From: Candidatus Omnitrophota bacterium
GTDB lineage: Bacteria > Omnitrophota > Gorgyraeia > Zapsychrales > Zapsychraceae
Assembly: GCA_020632495.1 (NCBI GenBank)
Contig: JACKFL010000006.1
Location: 780,032-844,031 of the forward strand
DNA length: 64,000 nucleotides
Direction: 5' to 3'
A program made the translations under genes and the position numbers. The notes beneath the pieces were generated by a model, which was given only the letters and a program-made list of their open reading frames with translations, made no database searches and was not told where the DNA came from. Of this stretch, positions 61,201 to 64,000 are shown in pieces; position 1 is the stretch's first letter, and each line of letters opens with the position of its first letter.

Positions 61201-63802
61201 CGCGGGAGGCGATCTGAATACGGGGTTGTCCCGCGGGCGGTGTGCCCAGGACGCCTTCCAGTCCGGCGCTGTCGCCGATCACGATAACACCCGCGGCATT
61301 CTCGACGATGCTGCGCCACACCCGCTCGGTTTGGGGTCCGATGCCGAGGATCTCCACCTCGTCGGTCAGCACCGGCGAACGGCGGTGGACCCAAATGGTC
61401 CGCTCGGCGCCGGCGGCGTCACGGATGCGGATATCGAGGATCGGAAAGACCGGTGAGACATCCTCCGGTCCGGTAAAGCCGTACGACGGCTGCATGAAGC
61501 GCTGGGTGGCTTCCGCCATTTGAACGGTCAGCGGACTTTGCTCATTGAGGCGGGGATTCAGCGCCGTGATGATTTCGCCCAGGGCGCGCGTGCGCGTGTA
61601 ATTGATGTTGCCGATCTCTTGTGCTTCCAGCCGGCGGATGGATTCCTGGACCGGTTCCAAATCGACCTGCGCGAGCTGGTCCGAATCGATGACGCCGGAT
61701 TCGGGTACGTTGATCCCCACGGACTCCAGCTGAGCGCGCGTAAATCCGATTGCCTTGGGGCGCTCGCCGTCGACAAATCCCAGCGACGGCAGGTTGGCCG
61801 GTCCCATCAGACCGAGCACATTCGCCCTCCCTGAAGTTAGGAAACGCGCCACGGCCAGGGCGTCGGTGTCAAAGTCGATATTCGACAGGACGACCACCTG
61901 TCCCTCCGTCTGCGGGCTCATCAATTCCGCCAGATTCTGGTCGAAGACCGCGCGCGCTTCAGCCTCGAACGAATCCAGGGCTATATTGACGCGGCTGATC
62001 AGATCATCGACGGCCTCGGGCTCCTGCGGCAGGTCGACGTAAAACGCGGTGCCCATTTCCGCGGGTGCTGCGATCTTGCCCCCCACATCACTCAAAGTAA
62101 AGTTGCGTTCGACCGGGGTTCCTTCAAAGTCCGATCCGGTAAAATCCTTGTACACGAAGATCCCGGCCGCGTCCCATAATGCGTTCATGATGGCCTCGTA
62201 GTCGCGCCAGCGCGCGTTGAGGATGGGATTGTCCCCCTTGCCTTCCCGGATCGCGGCGAGCAGCAGTTTCGGCCGGGTCTGGTTCGGCATCGGATACATC
62301 GGGACATCGATCACCGGCGCGGCCCCGTCGAGCATCCGGCGGACCTCGGCGACCGCGGCCAGCACCTGTTCAGGGCGCAATTGGCGGTTATCCAGCGTGA
62401 CGGTCTGAATGGATTGCACCGCGGGTTGTTCGCCCAGCACGGCGGCGTCGGCCAACGCCCGGAGTTCGGCCGGGGCGTTTTCGAGCAGAGAGATCTGGAC
62501 CTCCACAATGCGCGCGATGCCCGCGTCCGGTATGGGGCGCTGCTGGATCAGTTCCTGAATGCGGGCCCGGTCCGCCGCTTCCATGGACTGAATACGCGCG
62601 ATGATCTGCTGACGGCTGGGGTCGCTCAGGCGGCCCGAATCCAGCAGGGTAAGAAAGCGGGCGAATTGATCAAGGTCGAGTGCGGCGACGGCGGTCTGCG
62701 CGCGAAAAACGGCGGAGACGTTCATCGAGGCCCCGCCCGAGAAAAACTTGCGCGGGATCATCGTGTCCAGGGAGGCGTCGTAGTCTTCCCTCACATAATT
62801 GTAGACACCGACTTTAAAGGCATCGAGATATTGCTGGTAGATGCGGTCTTTCATCGCCTCGTTGATCTCGTCGATCCCCTTCATCCGGGCCCGGTCCACG
62901 TAGACCTGACCGAGCAAACTGTCGCGCAGGTTCTGTTTGTACCAGGTCGCCAGGACCATCGCGTCGTAGATCTGCCGGAGTTTGGCGAAGTGGCGGCCTT
63001 GATTGATCTCTTTTTCGATCTCCGGAATGAGGATATCGCGCACTACGCCGGAGGTAATCCCGCTGACGACCTTCTCGTCCCGTTCCGACATGAAGCGGGG
63101 CCGCTCGCCGTGTTTGGCCAGCGCGAAATAATCTTCCTCCAGCATCACCTTCAGCCGGCTTTCGACGACATAGGCGGTTCCGTCCAGCTCGAACACCGTG
63201 GCCGCGGCCGGGACCACCCAGATCTTGTTAAAGGTATTCATCGGGATATCGCTGGTGCCGTACTCCTGCATGGCTTTCTTTTTGACGCGGTCCCAGAAAT
63301 TTCGGCCGAGTTTGTCCTCCGGGTACATCAACGACGCCGTGAGCTGTTTGAGCATGTAGTCCATGCCCAACAGGTCGCGTCCCATTGCCGTGACTTCCAG
63401 TTCCGCGGAAATAATGCGGTCCTTTTCGTACGGGGACAGGTTGACCCACATCTTGTCTTCGGGGATGGTGAGGCTGGCCAGAAAATATTTGATCAGGCGT
63501 TGCGAGGTGGTTTGCAGTTCGTCGTCGCCGAGGAGGTCCTCCCCCTTGTCGATAACGAAATCGAACATCAGCGGATTGTCGGGATAAACGCGCAGCCCGC
63601 GGATCAGGGCCGGGGTGTAATCTTTGGAAGCCGGGACCATGACCCCGGGGATGGGTAATTCGATATTGGTGGTCGGCAGATTTTGCGCCGCGGCCGTTCC
63701 GGGGACGGTCAGGCTCATGACTGTAAACAGGGCCGCCACGGTCAGCGACATGCGCTGATAGTATGTTGTAAGTGCTGACCTGCTATGGATTTGCGTGAAC
63801 AT
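58280..63802 (-). CDS. 1840-aa secreted giant protein, unknown family, with four internal tandem repeats
   Basis: RBS GGAGGA 8 nt before the ATG. Signal peptide ...MSLTVAALFTVMSLTVPGTAAAQ. Uninterrupted 5.5-kb frame. No catalytic motif recognised. Hydrophobic/Gly C-terminal tail GGIDLDAGLLDLQIKRDGTGIPLPVQQQPIENMNIGGFTPLIIKITPLTTGPALLNL. Confidence 0.8.
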   Translation of the reverse strand: MFTQIHSRSALTTYYQRMSLTVAALFTVMSLTVPGTAAAQNLPTTNIELPIPGVMVPASKDYTPALIRGLRVYPDNPLMFDFVIDKGEDLLGDDELQTTSQRLIKYFLASLTIPEDKMWVNLSPYEKDRIISAELEVTAMGRDLLGMDYMLKQLTASLMYPEDKLGRNFWDRVKKKAMQEYGTSDIPMNTFNKIWVVPAAATVFELDGTAYVVESRLKVMLEEDYFALAKHGERPRFMSERDEKVVSGITSGVVRDILIPEIEKEINQGRHFAKLRQIYDAMVLATWYKQNLRDSLLGQVYVDRARMKGIDEINEAMKDRIYQQYLDAFKVGVYNYVREDYDASLDTMIPRKFFSGGASMNVSAVFRAQTAVAALDLDQFARFLTLLDSGRLSDPSRQQIIARIQSMEAADRARIQELIQQRPIPDAGIARIVEVQISLLENAPAELRALADAAVLGEQPAVQSIQTVTLDNRQLRPEQVLAAVAEVRRMLDGAAPVIDVPMYPMPNQTRPKLLLAAIREGKGDNPILNARWRDYEAIMNALWDAAGIFVYKDFTGSDFEGTPVERNFTLSDVGGKIAAPAEMGTAFYVDLPQEPEAVDDLISRVNIALDSFEAEARAVFDQNLAELMSPQTEGQVVVLSNIDFDTDALAVARFLTSGRANVLGLMGPANLPSLGFVDGERPKAIGFTRAQLESVGINVPESGVIDSDQLAQVDLEPVQESIRRLEAQEIGNINYTRTRALGEIITALNPRLNEQSPLTVQMAEATQRFMQPSYGFTGPEDVSPVFPILDIRIRDAAGAERTIWVHRRSPVLTDEVEILGIGPQTERVWRSIVENAAGVIVIGDSAGLEGVLGTPPAGQPRIQIASRDVTTLQELSRDTYWRDLSNRLPTSGSLNELAALAADPVEIAPTDEQFQILDPRGDLAYAGVKVYVVDNLLQGVLRIAEEQGVQLGPDMLLHPGIVGKALYFSPQAIDIISSQPPEYRAALVRHHLAHVRRPELSESQINAIAPLPRLRNPQQLNLGDGVRPPAAVTVAPQAVVNQAIERLDAQFGLEAYGSNYLSPDSERYADIDPSGILRNGRVDVFVVPDLIKTTLAVADELGVEMSLEDLIQPARSGGRLYVDPLALDVFASQSYSYRQELAAHHMLQVNVRELIRAGELEYADVARIVPLPQLEEASLFIPKALDRLRGLEGEYLPDVYQELMQIALLELDDAAQTILRQQRIDPNSAIYRRLDPDGTLAARNITIFQLAGLTERVQQLAAERNLDIPLEYLLQPATLRGNLYFDPSAVEIIAGQGRQFRSAQSERLNRRAAQPDSSAEEIDSQAPVPSLDSPSVAETAGVTAPSLPRIRQGITVPQEELINAAVYDIRATLETAEFLSLQTEIEPGTSRYARLDPEGILAQAGVPIFILPGLMDTVNELAYANNLDASLEVIMHPGVLDGALYLDPAALSAILAQSREHRTQLARHQLLHLQQPDLSEDRVAEAAPLPQMILPAANAQRRSLLAGLQEKLSRYGEQGLVYLNEMLTQSQLFPVQGEGEDANLVLMAGPEINIPERRAERREFLRDVILGTLQEINPVLSQYLDITVGTVTRQRTGERMRALTLKFKNSPAMLQKLKGYFYRRFSPREATAVDTVLQRLFDADMVRTMRRLESDLRYAVGAMYSLQQVLPSFARRFPLRPIQQGVALAGPESTIVTPYILVQPETEGQSSLVAFVSGRQIIIRSGRITRTGTGFLPFRRQQDVIILDENPQVDIRQPLGADLRLGDAALLAIDRALQPDVPVGGIDLDAGLLDLQIKRDGTGIPLPVQQQPIENMNIGGFTPLIIKITPLTTGPALLNL
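59360..61075 (-). repeat. Four protein-level tandem repeats (about 155-163 aa period) inside the giant gene
   Basis: Cores: QILDPRGDLAYAGVKVYVV...LLHPGIVGKALYFSPQAIDIISSQ...RHHLAHV...APLPRL / YADIDPSGILRNGRVDVFVV...LIQPARSGGRLYVDPLALDVFASQ...AHHMLQV...VPLPQL / YRRLDPDGTLAARNITIFQL...LLQPATLRGNLYFDPSAVEIIAGQ...APVPSL / YARLDPEGILAQAGVPIFIL...IMHPGVLDGALYLDPAALSAILAQ...RHQLLHL...APLPQM. The DNA copies are diverged. Confidence 0.8.
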
Positions 63803-63879
63803 CGGCCAAATCCTCCGGGTGCCGGTTGACCGTCACGATTGTGTGGGGAATGGGAATGGCGCGTTGCCGCGCTATTCAT

Positions 63880-63908
63880 AGTATAAGTAGTATTAGAGAA
63901 GACGTCAA
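63880..63908 (-). promoter_or_regulatory. Candidate sigma-70 promoter TTGACG-N17-TATACT for the giant gene
   Basis: On the - strand, about 75 nt upstream of the ATG at 63802. Confidence 0.5.
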
Positions 63909-64000
63909 GTAGCGAATGGGTGGGCTCACTTCGGACTTATCAGAGTTCCCAGTTATAACCGTCCGAGGCGGCCGGGGGGTCGGCCAGGGTCCATCCGGTG

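Noticed and set aside
62381-63658. 425-aa + strand ORF inside the giant gene, considered as a possible overprinted gene.
   Set aside because: Composition is typical of the antisense frame (R/G/D/H/V-rich, no hydrophobic core pattern). There is no RBS or promoter. The - strand frame is uninterrupted for 5.5 kb and carries the signal peptide and repeats.
1-64000. Searched for defence or mobile systems: CRISPR repeats, cas-like genes, reverse transcriptase / DGR template-variable repeat pairs, restriction-modification, transposases, integrases and phage structural genes.
   Set aside because: No corresponding motifs or DNA repeat architectures were seen in any frame. Absence is based on visual motif recognition only, not on a database search.
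63930-64000. Possible 3' end of another - strand gene at the right edge (a frame ending with TAA near 63953).
   Set aside because: Only about 15 codons are visible and no motif is present, so it cannot be supported.

Overview
64-kb window from a GC-rich bacterium. The taxon cannot be determined from sequence alone. All family calls below come from reading motifs by eye; no searches were run.

The window has two halves that converge at about 28.6-28.8 kb.

(1) 1-28.6 kb, every gene on the + strand. This is a large exopolysaccharide / PEP-CTERM-exosortase superlocus. In order it contains:
- a Wzx-like flippase
- eight glycosyltransferases (six GT4, two GT2)
- a Wzy/O-antigen-ligase-like polymerase
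- a NodB-type deacetylase
- a secreted beta-helix protein
- exosortase plus EpsI
- a sigma-54 promoter in front of the priming sugar transferase
- two PEP-CTERM cargo proteins
- a regulatory block of membrane protein, TPR protein, GAF histidine kinase, sigma-54 response regulator and PocR/GAF protein
- two nucleotide-sugar epimerases
- an orphan secreted HExxH protein
- a DUF134 regulator

The first three genes (about 570-2800) are riddled with single-base frame changes. A four-helix-bundle (23S-rRNA-IVS protein family) gene sits in the locus as an AT-richer cassette flanked by alternating purine-pyrimidine inverted repeats.

(2) 28.8-63.8 kb, almost every gene on the - strand. It contains:
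- a molybdenum hydroxylase cluster (Mo, 2Fe-2S and FAD subunits, XdhC, MocA)
- three PPIases (cyclophilin, parvulin, SlyD)
- a large CPBP protease
- nadC, a Kv-type channel, elbB, a RidA-family gene, ssb, rsmJ and hslR
- many small secreted or membrane hypotheticals, including a tandem paralog pair
- a leucine-rich-repeat protein
- a 1840-aa secreted giant protein with four about 155-aa tandem repeats

A 28-nt dif-like Xer site lies in the AT-rich gap exactly at the strand-convergence point.

No rRNA, tRNA, CRISPR array, transposase, integrase or recognisable defence system was seen.

The most unusual observation is a PEP-CTERM-like sorting signal embedded internally in the priming sugar transferase, just upstream of its catalytic domain and directly after the exosortase/EpsI pair.
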